A stretch of DNA of 57,560 nucleotides, filler included, from Squatina squatina (taxonomy: Eukaryota), in the NCBI GenBank assembly GCA_031763465.1. It is 4 parts of 4 records of this genome, joined end to end, with 100 filler letters (N's around TTAATTAATTAA, not from the genome) between each part and the next. Parts side by side here need not be neighbours in the genome. Positions count along the whole stretch, not along the records: positions 1 to 13,327 come from JARFOE010000016.1; positions 13,428 to 27,539 come from JARFOE010000194.1; 2 more parts are not named here. One strand, given 5' to 3'. How positions within the stretch are numbered: the first letter of the stretch is position 1; every line of letters begins with the position of its first letter. The notes below the pieces were generated by a model, which did no database searches, had not been told where the DNA came from, and was given only the letters and a program-made list of their open reading frames with translations. This document shows, one piece after another, positions 10,478 through 23,425 of this stretch. Position numbers and translations under genes: made by a program.

Positions 10478-13327
10478 NNNNNNNNNNNNNNNNNNNNNNN
10501 NNNNNNNNNNNNNNNNNNNNNNNNNNNNNNNNNNNNNNNNNNNNNNNNNNNNNNNNNNNNNNNNNNNNNNNNNNNNNAGAACAGTTTATGAGTGTCATTT
10601 GATACCCAGCATTGAATGACAAGCTTTAGCTTATTTCCAGGTACTTAGGTGGTCAAATATACACAATATATCTATAATATATAATGTGTGATAATAAGCT
10701 CAAAGATTTTCATTTAGCTTGTTCTTTTTCACACCAGAGTCTTCAGCATTTGTCACTTCCTAAAGAGTCTCTGGTAAACTAAACAGATTATAAATTTACA
10801 CCTTCTTGTTCATTAACACCAATCTTGTGAACAAATTTTGCTGTGATGTATTAATCATTCAATATTTGCAACAAAGCAGCCAAAACAATCAATTTAACCC
10901 ACTGCATGTATTACCTATAACTTCGGTTTACACAGTCTGTAACCTTTGACATTGCCTTGAGGGTTTAAGCAATTCGAATCTGCTGACCATGTCTAGATCA
11001 ATGATGTGACAACTCTCCAATTCAATAAGACCTTAACTCTGCAGTGTCAAAGCTGCAACATTACATTGAAGCTGCACTCCTGCTCCTCATTAATCCTCAT
11101 TTACATAAAAATGAAATGTATGTGATAAAAGAAAACTGAAAATGCTGTAATTACAAGTGTGACCTGCATGTATATTAAGAAAAGACAGGTTAATGTTTCA
11201 GGCAGCAAAAGGCCCACAAAATGTTAATCTGTCCTCTCTGTACGGATACTGCGTTTTCCTGCATGCTCTGTATTTATTTGAGATTTCCAGCAATAGCTGT
11301 TTCTTTGTTTTCATGTACAATGATAACACACTTCACACACATTTTACTCTCAGCCCATGTAACATGAAGTTTGCGACCTCTCTTTAAGCACGTGTGTTGT
11401 ACCAATCCAAATAAACGTGCNNNNNNNNNNNNNNNNNNNNNNNNNNNNNNNNNNNNNNNNNNNNNNNNNNNNNNNNNNNNNNNNNNNNNNNNNNNNNNNN
11501 NNNNNNNNNNNNNNNNNNNNTCCCGGTAAATTAATAAATCAGTGTCTCATTCACCCCAGTAAATTAATAGTCTAATTCTTGGTAGGGTTGTTGGAATCAG
11601 GAGATAGTTAGGTGGATATAGATATTTATTTTGAAGATTTATCATGACGGGTGTTTATTTCAAGTTGCTGCACATCCTCTGCCCCTTACCCTATGCAAAT
11701 AGGCTCCTGTGCCTGGTTGCACCAGCTGTAAAATTTTCCTGCGGAATTGCTGGGTAATTAGCCCAACTCTCCGCCAGCAAGAAGGATTTCACAGTGGGAG
11801 TGGATGATCTGTCAGGTCAGAACTTGCTGTATGACACTATATCGACCGCAAATTCTGTCCTATTAAATTTGTGGGGCCAGTCAGAAGACTGCAGAGTCTG
11901 TTCAGTCTTTTGTTGTAAATATGGCATTGGCAGTTACAGGTGTATAACTAGGATCACTACTGAAAAAAATCAATTCTACATCAGTCGGAGGTCAGCAAAG
12001 TCATGGATTTGGGTGACTCTGAACCATGATCTGAGCAAAATTAATGCAACAATTGAATCTTGCTCAGTAATACCAAATACTTACTAAATGCAACAAATAT
12101 CCAATAAATGTTTCTCAAAAAGCTGAGAACATATACTCTAAGCTTAGGAATGAATAGAGCTAAAATGTGATCCACAGAGTGATTAGCAATAAAAAAAAAG
12201 TTTTTTCCATTTCTTGTCATTCTTGCTTGTTTCGGTTCTGCTTTATTTTTGCCTGTGGGGCTGGTGGTCCTGCCTGATCATATAACGCTAGTCGTGTCTA
12301 CTCGGTGTTAGCATTCATATTGTATTGAAGTTCATTTTGGATTCCTCCCTCGCTTCACTTGATGCTTGTTCCAGAGACTGTGTAGCTGTCATTTTGTCTT
12401 TGTTCTGCCTCTTGTGGTAAGGAGTAGGTGTTCTATGCCTCTGTGAAATTCAACATTCATCTCCATCTTGGTTTTGTTTTTTTTCTCTCTTCTGCTTCTG
12501 TGGTTTCTATAGAGCTGTGTTTGTGCATTGTGTGTATGTGTGGTACATTCGAGGTTTTGTGTGTTGTCATGGCAGCAGCTGGAGGGAGTGCTCTGTGTGG
12601 CGCGCTGGGTTTGAATGGCTGGCAAGGACTGTTAGCAAATCTGTCAGATGGAGTCAGTGAGTCTCACGGCAATGGTTTCTTATTTGGTCTTAAGGTAATA
12701 CAGTAAAAAAAACTGTACTCAATGAACGATATTCCACAGATCAACTNNNNNNNNNTGGCCAGAATTATAGGTTAGATTATGAGAACAGATGTGTACAATC
12801 AACAATGTCAGGGCACACTGGATTAAAACAGATTCCTGACAAATTTACAGCCACATACGTTTTGAAGAATACACACACTGAATCAAGTGTTAGCTATTCT
12901 TTTGACACAGAATTGGAAAGTTAAATCGTCCATCTGCTAATGTAGGATGAATGAATACAACAGTTTAACTAAAGCCAGTGCTACAGAGATAACACAAATG
13001 ACTAATTGTGATTAATTCATCNNNNNNNNNNCAGGTAGAATTTGTTCATTCGAAACTCAGAGCTCATTTTTACTCCTAATTAAAGCCAGTGCTGTTCAAA
13101 CGATTTTTCTTTTCTCCGTTCAGTAATTTAATTAGCGTTGCTGTCATTCAGCCAGTTGCCAGAGCCTCCTAATCCCAGTTATAGCACAACCATTTAATGA
13201 GGGTGGTTTCATTGCTGGGACATCAGTTCTCCCAGAGGGCCAGAACAGAAGTGATTTCGAAATGCCCTGCAGCCAATGACCAGAAACATCAACTCAGTTC
13301 AGGCAACCACTGCATGTCGCCCGCACT

Positions 13328-13427
13328 NNNNNNNNNNNNNNNNNNNNNNNNNNNNNNNNNNNNNNNNNNNNTTAATTAATTAANNNNNNNNNNNNNNNNN
13401 NNNNNNNNNNNNNNNNNNNNNNNNNNN
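13328..13427. other. artificial scaffold linker N44-TTAATTAATTAA-N44
   Basis: Six-frame stop 12-mer at 13372-13383 centred in Ns. Confidence 0.95.
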
Positions 13428-14314
13428 TGCTACCCATGCATTTCAGACTGTGCGTGTAATGTCTGAGATTATGTGTGATGCCCAATTGAAATTAAAATAA
13501 TAAACATGGATTAAACTTTTAAAATATGTACCAGACATTCCTCTGAATCATAAGTGTCTTGCCTAAAAATGAAGTGTGAAGTTCAAACATTATCTGCAAG
13601 CTGCTTCATGCTTTTTAAAACGGTGCCAAAAATTTGAGAACATTTGAGGAAAGAACTGGAGACACAAGCAACAAAATGTCTCTATTTTCAGTTTCAGATA
13701 CTTATTGATTACAACCCTAAGGACTACTAAGCAGATACAGTCTCGTGCCTTTAGACATGTTCTCTGGATCAACTGAAATTAGAATAATGCCATTTTTACA
13801 ACCATGCAGGAAATGTTACAATTACTCAGTGGAGATAATAGAAATACTGTAAAGTAAAATGAATAATTACTTACCGGTGTGACTGCTGCACTTTCCTGTT
13901 ATCAAATCATCAGCATCCCTTTTTCCAGTGGAATAAAGTCAGGCAGGCAACCCACAACACATAGGAGTTTCAATTATTATTCACAATGGCCACAACCATA
14001 CAAACATAAAAAGAGAAACAAACTGGAAGAAGTTTCTGCAGGTCTTGCCCAGTTGCAAGATGTGCAGTGTGTGTCCTCTCTTCTTATGACTGAAATACTG
14101 AGCAAGCAGAATTCTGCAGGCTGCTAAAGCCAGCTCTGCAAATGCCTTGTACGCCTGTGCAGACTCTCCTTAAAGCCGCACTGGTAACAAAATGCTGACA
14201 GCCCAGAAGCACTANNNNNNNNNNNNNNNNNNNNNNNNNNNNNNNNNNNNNNNNNNNNNNNNNNNNNNNNNNNNNNNNNNNNNNNNNNNNNNNNNNNNNN
14301 NNNNNNNNNNNNNN

Positions 14315-14455
14315 CTTTCCTGGAGGTTTCACCACATGACCTCCCATCTCCAACTGCCCAATGAGTTTTTCCCCGGTGTGCTCGCAGCCATGTCTTGGAG
14401 ATTAATCTTTAATTTTTGGAGGCTCCAGGACAATCCTAGAGGGTTGGCAGCCCTA
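14315..14455. mobile_element. hAT-like MITE right end
   Basis: Ends gggttggcagcccta (reverse complement TAGGGCTGCCAACC). Confidence 0.55.
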
Positions 14456-14509
14456 TGGCAGACGGCAGTGGCCTCTGAAATAGTAGGAACACAGCATAAT
14501 ACAGTATGA

Positions 14510-14650
14510 TCAGGGAGGTAACATTACATAGATGTATGAGGGAGAAGGGAATACAAAGTTATGCTGATAAAGTTAGATGAGGAAAGTCAGGAGGAGTCTC
14601 GAGTCGAGCATAGGTGCCGTTTCTGTGCCGTATGCCCTATGTAATCCTAG
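14510..14650 (+). mobile_element. CR1 3' tail fragment
   Basis: Resembles the tails at 24230-24360 and 55090-55285. Confidence 0.6.
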
Positions 14651-16992
14651 TTATACTGTTAAACCAATTGGGTCATGCGACCTCAATGGATTCTGCTCAT
14701 TTCTGTTGGGATGGATTTCTCTTCCAAACGTGGAAAGTCCTTGCGGCTTGTGATGACCTCACTCACTCCTAGGTCAGTTACAGCATGGGTTGGACCCTTC
14801 TCTACACCATCCCAGCTCTGACCTGGGAACAGGTCCCACCGAACCACTGCGATAATCTCATCCCCAGTCAGCTATGCAGGATGGAAAAGTCCTTTTCAGC
14901 CAGGGCTTGATCCGAACTGGGATTCCCCAAGAGCTCATCGTGTTTCGCATCTGCTGAATTCTACACAAAGCTTGTCTTTGCATCTGGGCTCTTTGCAGAT
15001 TACATCCACTGAGGCGGAGATATAAAAGGAGTAATGACTTCAGACTCTGGTGCTGAGGCAGAGTCTTGAGAGATGTGAGCACGGGTCAGAGATTGGGGCT
15101 GCAGGCTTATTCTGTGACCGGTCATCACCACTGGGAAATCTCTGCACCAGCAGTAAAACCTCACACCATCACCCATTACCAAAACCCCACAAAACATGCT
15201 TCAAATCCAAATAACCTATTGCAAGAAGAAACAAAGGAGCTGGCCAAAGCCTGTCAGAATATTGTTCCAAAAATACTGTGACACCTAAGCACCTAATAAG
15301 AAATAAATGCAATACGGCATGAAATTCTTATTAGTTGCACTTGATAGACACAGAAGTGGAGCCTGTAGTCAGGTACTGTTAATATTAATCATTGTTTCAG
15401 TTGGTGTTGCATGACATATGGGAACACACTGGCAGGATTATGTCAGAGCAATTCTTTGATTTATAATGCTTCCTAAAATTATGGAGATTTCACAGCTTAA
15501 AAGCGACTTCCTGCAGCGTGCTGGGTAGCATTTGTATGTTTAACTCATTCCCTTCTCCAAGCTACGCTATCCTCAGAAATCTATTGTCTCTTTCAATGTG
15601 AAGGTTCTGGGGAGAATGGCAAAAGTTTAAGTGCAATAGTTGTCCAATGTAGAAGGTACAAGAAAAGCACTGTTGAAAACCTCATAGAGAAATCATAGGG
15701 GCTTATCAGCCAGGTGTGTGTTTTTGACCATTTTTCAACTACTTTGAGGAAAAAAAAATCTACTTCCGCTAAATTAGCCACCATTAGAAAGCAATTTCTG
15801 CTGGTGGAAAACTAAGACATGGAATGGGAATTTCCTCTGATCTTTTTCTGCTTACCGGAACTTCACCAGAGGGGGGTGGAAACTTTGTTCACAAGCATAT
15901 GCAGGGTTTCCGTCACACTTTCAGCAAAGTTACAGCGGCAGGGAGCATCTCGANNNNNNNNNNNNNNNNNNNNNNNNNNNNNNNNNNNNNNNNNNNNNNN
16001 NNNNNNNNNNNNNNNNNNNNNNNNNNNNNNNNNNNNNNNNNNNNNNNNNNNNNTTATTAAAAACAGGCACTCTCCAACACATTCAATGAGATTCCAGTGA
16101 GGCTGTTTTTTGATCCATTGAGTTATATATGTCTGGAAGACACTAAGGAATCTGCGCAAGAGAAATTAGACCTTGTTTCAATCATTGTCTGGATGGTCAA
16201 CGGGCTCAAAAAGTACCAATTTCTGGGTACAATGAAGCCTGAAAGACATCCAACCCCATATTAAGTCAAACGATTTTTCTAGATTCCCAGGTGTTACATT
16301 TCTTCACTGAGTCTTTTTTCTATTCGCTGAAGCATAAGTGTCCATAATTCCCTTCAGCTGCAATTGCTTTGAGCACTGAGGATGATATATATTTATAAGC
16401 AGAATAACTCCTGTAATGTGCTTTCAATATGTTATTCCGGGTTTGACAGTGTAAAATATTGCCTCAGGCAATGACAGCAGGCAGTAGCACGAGGTGATAG
16501 ATGAGGCCCAGATGGAGCTAAAGCAAAAACAGATGTTCTTATTCAATTAGAATTATATTGAACTGAAATACTGATCTCAAAAGACTGTTTGTGACATTCG
16601 TCCATTCTTAATCTACATTTGTTAAACTATAAGGCACAGGAATAGCCAAAAAAAGGGCATTTCAGAAAATAAACTAGGCTGTATTTTAGAAATAAATGTG
16701 GATAATAGCAAACTATAATCATACCTAGACATTTGGGCTTGAAATTGGTTTGCACTGCCATGTCAAAACTGATGCACAAGAGGAACACCCAAAATTGACC
16801 TCCTTCCAGCATCAGGATGCGACCAGCGAGCTGAGGGCACAAGTCGTGCCCTAATTGTTTTCAGGACATCCTAAAGCGTTTCACCACAACTACATAAACT
16901 TGCATTTATATAGTGCTTCTATAGTAGTAAAACTTCCCAAGGTGCTTCATTGGCGTGTCAGCAAATGAAATTTGGCACTGAGACACATAAGA

Positions 16993-17248
16993 AAGACTTG
17001 CATTGATATAGCGCCTTTCACGACTGCCGGATGCCTCAAAGTGCTTTACAGCCAATGAAGTACTTTTGGAGTGTAGTCACTGTTGTAATGTGGGAAATGC
17101 AGCAACCAATTTGCGCACAGCAAGCTCCGACAAACAGCAATGTAATAATGACCAGATAATCTGTTTTTTTGTTATGTTGATTGAGGGATAAATATTGGCC
17201 AGGACACTGGGGAGAACTCCCCAGCTCTTCATCAGAATAATGCCATGT
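16993..17248 (-). mobile_element. DeuSINE (SacSINE1-like), 3' half
   Basis: Reverse complement of gagttctccccagtgtcctggccaatatttatccctc...ttcattggctgtaaagcac...gaaaggcgctatatcaatgcaag (Deu domain plus L2-type tail). Confidence 0.8.
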
Positions 17249-17324
17249 GAGGAAGCAGTTTCAAATCATCTGAACTTGATAGCAGTTACAGGAAGGCCAT
17301 TTTTGGTCTCATTGCTTCAAGGTT

Positions 17325-17495
17325 CCTCATTGGGGCTGTTCTGGTAGTGGACTGACTCCTTTTACTGCACCTGAGGTATTTTGTGCGAAGGCGAAGGTGA
17401 CGCCAGATGCATCGGCAAAAGGCCCCAGAGAGGGAGGAAGAAGGGGGACGAGTAGCTCAGGCTGAAGCAGATGTGCAACCCATTGAAGATGCAGA
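17325..17495 (+). mobile_element. Harbinger transposase N-terminal fragment, followed by a CR1 tail
   Basis: GAVLVVD..HLRYFVRRRR.RQMHRQKAPEREEE resembles MGAASAVD..HMRCLRHRRQLHLEQRE at 39000-39132; CR1 tail (minus) from about 17497. Confidence 0.5.
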
Positions 17496-17659
17496 TAGAA
17501 ACATAGAAGATAGGAGCAGGAGTCGGCCATTCGGCCCTTCGGGCCTGCTCCGCCATTCANNNNNNNNNNNNNNNNNNNNNNNNNNNNNNNNNNNNNNNNN
17601 NNNNNNNNNNNNNNNNNNNNNNNNNNNNNNNNNNNNNNNNNNNNNNNNNNNNNNNNNNN

Positions 17660-17839
17660 CTCCAGCCTCTTCAGTTTGACTTGCCCGGGAAACTCGAGAG
17701 CCCCGCTCCGAATCTCCAACTCAGGGGGAGCTGGAGATCGCAAACTCCCATGGATCCAGGACTCTTAGGTAAGTAGGTAGAGTAAATTGCACTCAGAGGC
17801 GTCCACACGCAGGAAGCCTCCGATCGCAATTTCAGGGCC
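17660..17839. mobile_element. Harbinger-type MITE right end
   Basis: Homologous to 33657-33776 (gaatctcca.ctcaggggg...gcctcc.atcgcaatttcagg). Confidence 0.7.
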
Positions 17840-17842
17840 AAT

Positions 17843-17958
17843 ATGATAGAATTTTATGTTGAGTTTGAGAGTGATTTAGTCAAGTCCAAAACTAGGATCC
17901 TAAACCTGAACAAAGCAAACTACGTATAGTATCAGAGGCAAGTTTACTAAGTTAGGAT
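17843..17958 (+). mobile_element. CR1 ORF2 fragment downstream of the endonuclease
   Basis: IEFYVEFESDLVKSKTRILNLNKANY. Confidence 0.65.
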
Positions 17959-17959
17959 G

Positions 17960-18490
17960 GGAAAATTGATTTCATAATTTTAAAGACCTCTATTAGGTCA
18001 CCCCTCAGACTTCTTTTTTCAAGAGAAAAGAGACCCAGCCTGTTCATCCTTTCCTGATATGTATACCCCCGCATTTCTGATACCATCCTTGTAACTCTTT
18101 TCTGCACCCTCTCCAGTGCCTCTGTATCCTTTTTATAATATGGCGACCACAATTGTACGCAGTACTCCAAGTGTGGTGTAACCAAGGTTCAGTACAGGTT
18201 TAGCATAACTTCCCTACTCTTCAATTCTATCCACCAGGAAATAAACCCTAGTACTTGGTTTGCTTTTTTTATGGCCTTGTTAACTGGTGCCACTACATTG
18301 AGTGATTTGTGTATTTGTACTCTGAGATCCCCTTTACTCTTCTACTGCTCTTAGGTTAGCATTTTCCAAGAAATACGTGACCTCCTTATTTTTCTTACCA
18401 AAATGTAATACCTCACATTTATCTGTGTTGAATTTCATTTGCCAATTATACACCCACCCTTTAAGTTTATTACTGTCTTCCGCCTTCTGC
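17960..18490 (-). mobile_element. CR1 reverse transcriptase C-terminal region
   Basis: PHLEYCVQLWSPYYKKDTEALERVQKRVTRM...RLGLFSLEKRSLRGDLIEVFKIM. Confidence 0.92.
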
Positions 18491-18584
18491 TATCATTCTG
18501 CAAGAGCTTGGCTCGACTGGCAGAGAAGTGACAGCAGTTCACCCATCTATCAGCCCAGTCCAACCTGTAGTGCAGTGCATTTCG

Positions 18585-18976
18585 AGAGGGATAGAATTGA
18601 AAAAATGAAGAAGTTATGTTAAATTTGTATCGAACTTTGATTAGACCAGACTTGGAGCACTGTGAACAGCTCCGGTCTCCATATTCTAAAGAGGATAATG
18701 GAGGCACTGGAGAAGGCACAACAAAGATTTACAAGAATGATACCAGAAGTGAGAGGCCATACTGATTAAGAAAAATGGAACAGGCCGGGGCTCTTTTCTC
18801 TAGAAAGAGAAGGCTGAGGGGCGAGCTGATCGACGTCTTTAAGATAACGAAAGGGTTCGATAGGTTAGAGGTAGAAAATGTTTCAACCTGGACTAGGGAC
18901 AATAAATATAAGATCGTCACTAATAAATCCAATCGGGAATTCAGGAGAAACCTCTTTACCCAGAGAGTGGTGAGAA
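18585..18976 (+). mobile_element. CR1 ORF2 C-terminal region
   Basis: KRRLRGELIDVFKITKGFDRL...FRRNLFTQRVVR. Confidence 0.9.
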
Positions 18977-20950
18977 NNNNNNNNNNNNNNNNNNNNNNNN
19001 NNNNNNNNNNNNNNNNNNNNNNNNNNNNNNNNNNNNNNNNNNNNNNNNNNNNNNNNNNNNNNNNNNNNNNNNNNNNAGAACAAAAGAGAGAGAAAAAAAG
19101 GAGTCTATTTTATTATACATGTACAACTTCACAGCAGCAAATTGAAAAACTTTGCATAAGGTTCAATTTAATTGAGCTTTAACTAAGCAGAGTAAAGTAC
19201 ACCTGTATCCTGCACTTGATTCTGTTTGCTCATTGCTGTATAGAGGTGTTGTGAATTAATGCTCTATTTGTACAGTTTTTCCAATAGTGAATTTCAAATT
19301 TAACGCACTTATGAATTAAGAGCTGGGTGAACAGTTCACAACCATTAGGCTGGTATAACTGTGGCAGAAAAAGAATGGGGGTCTGCCCTTGCCTCTAGAT
19401 AATGAGTCGCAATATTACAATGCACCACACAAAGCAAAGCCGTTTATCATTCAGGACTATGCAGCAGCATTGATTACTTATCTATCTTACTGGCTTTTCT
19501 GAAATATGCTAGCAAAGCCCTTGGGGTCCCATTGCGGTGAGCGTTAATAAAAAATGAGATCATTAACTCTCCCAAAAGCCAATGCATATCTCATTACATT
19601 GAACAGTTCATACCGAGCAATAATTAAAAGCAAATACTGACGTGGTTGTCATAACAAAACTGATAGTTGCCATGCAGTAACTCTTCTTCTCCAGTGAATG
19701 ATCACTGCTGTAATTTCAAAAGTTAAGTGTTCTAGAAATTAACACTGTGAACTCAAGTTTACTTTATTTTCCTTATCAGTGCAGCCGAANNNNNNNNNNN
19801 NNNNNNNNNNNNNNNNNNNNNNNNNNNNNNNNNNNNNNNNNNNNNNNNNNNNNNNNNNNNNNNNNNNNNNNNNNNNNNNNNNNNNNNNNTGCAGCTCTGG
19901 GCTGCAGGTTAAACCAATAGAGCTCACTCACTCAGTTTGACTTCTTGTCAACTTGTGGATCGGTACGAGAAATCTCAGTGAGTTATCCAGAATAAATGTG
20001 GGTATCTACATTATTAATCAATCTGTAAAGAACTTCCTTTAAGAAGTACGCATAGGGAGAAAGAAACTGGAACGCGTTGTAGGAAATTAAACATTGATTT
20101 GATTTTGCGGCAGAGTCCTCACTTTAATAATAAATAGTTTCTGACTAATAATGTAGTTCAGCTTGCTGGCCGTGAAATAAAGTATTTTTAATGAGTAATT
20201 AATTATGTTAGAAAAGTAATATTAGACAGTTATGTGGCAAAGACCTTTCCATAATTATACCTATGTCATAACATTTTGGTATTCACTTAATAAAAACCAT
20301 AGGACATTTTTGTTCTGTGTGTGTGTGTATATGTGTTTTGAAACAGAGACTTTGCAACAGGATATGGTTTAGCACTGAGCACCAAGCCTGGCCTACACCA
20401 GGTTTCCTGTCAGGCTGTGACTATTAAAGGCTGGGGCCGTTATCTCCCTGCTGTCAGGCCCGGCTAACAGTAACTCTTGTCCTTAGTGCCTCACTTCCTT
20501 GGTTTCTTACAGCATTTCCTGAGCACAAATCGATAAAGCATTGACATGCTTTGGAAGGGGAAAAAACTTTTAAGAAAGGCACAGGAAGCTGATGTTTAAA
20601 ATCTCAGTCTTACGGNNNNNNNNNNNNNNNNNNNNNNNNNNNNNNNNNNNNNNNNNNNNNNNNNNNNNNNNNNNNNNNNNNNNNNNNNNNNNNNNNNNNN
20701 NNNNNNNNNNNNNNNNNNNNNNNNNNNNNNNNNNNNNNNNNNNNNNNNNNNNNNNNNNNNNNNNNNNNNNNNNNNNNNNNNNNNNNNNNNNNNNNNNNNN
20801 NNNNNNNNNNNNNNNNNNNNNNNNNNNNNNNNNNNNNNNNNNNNNNNNNNNNNNNNNNNNNNNNNNNNNNTTAAACTGATGATTGTTTTCAGACAGCTAT
20901 CGTGGTAAAGCAATTTGACGCAAAGACTATTTAAGTCATCTTGTTCACCC

Positions 20951-21053
20951 ATGAAGAACAAGGGAGCAAAACAGAAAGGAAAACGGAAGGGTGCGAAGGA
21001 CACTGCATTTGGTTGTGACCTAGGCGAATACTTACAGAACTCGGGCCAGGATG
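20951..21053 (+). CDS. ARHGAP31: ARHGAP31 (CdGAP) coding exon 1
   Basis: ATG in a good context (caccc ATG); MKNKGAKQKGKRKGAKDTAFGCDLGEYLQNSGQD matches the ARHGAP31 N-terminus MKNKGAKQKLKRKG..AFGCDLTEYLESSGQD; donor G|gtaaag, phase 1. Confidence 0.93.
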
Positions 21054-21662
21054 GTAAAGTAAACGCTTATTATGTTTGACGTTATTTTTAAAAATTGCTC
21101 CTAAGGGTGTCCTGTTAGTCTCTGAGTTTCTATTTCTGTTCTAAATTCTGCTGCAGTGCAATTGGCAGCCTAGTGAAAGGAATATTTATTCTGTCAACTA
21201 AATCACACCAGCCCTAACTTGGAAATGGTAGAAATTTAGAGGCAGCATCAGTGGATCCTTTGTATTTTACAGTCTGCTTATAACATCAAAGTGTGGAACT
21301 TCAAAAGAATTTCCATGCAAGTCCTGTACATTTGGAAGCTTTACGGTTATTCTCATTTTTGTGCAGTCAATTGGTTTTGAGTCATTGCCTCCTCGGACAT
21401 TAAGACGCTCCCCATCACCTCACTGCTCCTTTGCCATCTCTAAAAGTTCTTGGTGGAACTGCATTAATACCGCTACTCACAGTTTATTCCTTGTAATACG
21501 TAGCAGTGTGACAACAGTTTATCGAATAAACTGTAAATGCAGGTCAAAGCGATACAGTAACTNNNNNNNNNNNNNNNNNNNNNNNNNNNNNNNNNNNNNN
21601 NNNNNNNNNNNNNNNNNNNNNNNNNNNNNNNNNNNNNNNNNNNNNNNNNNNNNNNNNNNNNN

Positions 21663-21778
21663 TAGTTGCCCTTGAGAAGGTGGTGATGAGCCGCCTTCTT
21701 GAACCGTTGCAGTCCTTGTGGTGAAGGAACTCCCACAGTACTGTTAGGGAGGGAGTTCCAGGATTTTGACCCAGTGAT
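21663..21778 (-). mobile_element. non-LTR retrotransposon (CR1/L2 group) ORF2 C-terminus
   Basis: TGSKSWNSLPNSTVGVPSPQGLQRFKKAAHHHLLKGN*. Confidence 0.85.
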
Positions 21779-23254
21779 TATCAGTATGAACAATTCTGGC
21801 AAGCCAATGCCCCCAGAAATATGTTTTTACCGTGGATATTAATTTCAGTATTGATGCAATGTTAAAAATACAATAAATGAATTACTACATGTAAACACTT
21901 TTTCTCATCAAAAATTATGGACTTAAAAATATCTACCAATTAGATCTCCATTTTGCAACTATAAACAAATGAAATGTGACATTCCTGTTGACAGTGTTAA
22001 GAAGACTCTACAAAATTAGCTATAAGCAAATATGCAACATAGATACCAGAGGAATGGAAGCAGAAATAGGAAAGGACAGAAGGAAGGGGGAAATGAAAGA
22101 TGGAAAAAGCTTAGAGCAGTGGAAATACAGCATGGCTTGAGTCTGATTCGAAAAACTGAGAAGGTTGGCAGTATTGACACATACCAGCGAATGCAAAAAA
22201 TGTCCTCTCATGGACAGCTCCCTTTTTTTTAATACTAAAATGAGTGAACATATTCAGAAAGCTGTCCAGGGAGATTTTAAGAATTCAACTGTTAGTACGT
22301 TTTAATACTTGAAGGCCAGAATCTAGATACTGTGCCTTTTAATATAATTCAAACTTAGGCAGCAACGTACAGTCTTGTACTGTTCAAACTTATGAATACA
22401 GCAATTCACGCAGTCAGTTTGGGAGAGTCTCTGGGTTTTTCATTCATCCTATTTGGGTCGTCTCCAACTCAAAGAAAAAACAAGTGCAGACAGTGGTAAG
22501 TGTGGATTGGTTCTAGTCCAGAGCTGGGTTACTATAGACATCACCACAACAGCCCTCATGATTCACAGATGAAATCCAAGGGTGATCCGTTCCCCTGCGA
22601 GTCAGGAACCCACAGCCAACATCTGTCTGAAGCTCGGCAATGTGTGGGAGGGTTTTGGATGTAAAGTTGTAGAGAGTGAAATTGCAGCCTAGTGCAAATG
22701 AGGGGTTGACTGCTAGTAAGTGGGGCATTACGGACAGAGCATTGTGACATCTAGAATTACAACTACCCTGCAGCCAAGCTGAAAAGATGCATTGTTGTCG
22801 GGTAGGAATGGAAAATGAACACTCACCCTCAGTCTTCAGCCATCAAATGTTCAAAGGGGCAATCTACAAAGCACTGTGCCTGAGATACTTAAGTTGTTTT
22901 GTATTTAGGGGAAATTCAATTTACAGTTTTCTTTTGAAAGAAAGAATCTGATTTCATATTGCAATGTTTCTGAAACAGTGTCTGAGTTGATCATTGTGGT
23001 AATGACAGCAAGTAGAGCAGAATATTGTGACTTGTTGATCATAGGCGCCGCCTCAATAGAGCCAGCCTGTCCTCAAGTGCAACTGACCATTTCCTGTGAC
23101 CTTCCCCCCACCAACTTTTTTTCCTTCCTCCTCCCCAGCGGGCTGTTAACTGTATCAGCAGCTGAGTATTGTGCCAGCCTGCCGATTCTCTATGGTCAGC
23201 TAGGTAGGTGGGCAGAGAGTAGCAGCAGCATTAGCCCTGTGCTTCAGTTTTGTT

Positions 23255-23425
23255 GTCTCCCCCAGTCTCTCTCTCTCTCTCTCTCCAGTTTCTTTCCGTC
23301 TCTCTCCTTAGTCTCTCTCTCCTCAGTCTCTCTTTCTCTCACTCTTTCGTTTTCCCCAGACTCTCTCTCCCCAGTCTATTTCTCTCTGCTCCCAGTCACT
23401 CAATCCCTGGTCTGTCTCTGTCACT
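23255..23425. repeat. CT-rich low-complexity tract
   Basis: (CT)n runs with a recurring cccagtctctct motif. Confidence 0.85.

Noticed and set aside
13372-13383. TTAATTAATTAA as a biological motif (piggyBac TTAA or homeobox site)
   Set aside because: It is exactly centred in 100-base N blocks three times, as expected for a six-frame stop linker.
12664-13895. In-frame splice of the 13875-13895 microexon to the 12688 terminal exon (KVQQSHRPNKKPLP*)
   Set aside because: The two pieces lie on opposite sides of an artificial linker, so the join is probably fortuitous.
22500-22850. Possible old SINE-like element
   Set aside because: Too degenerate to assign by eye.
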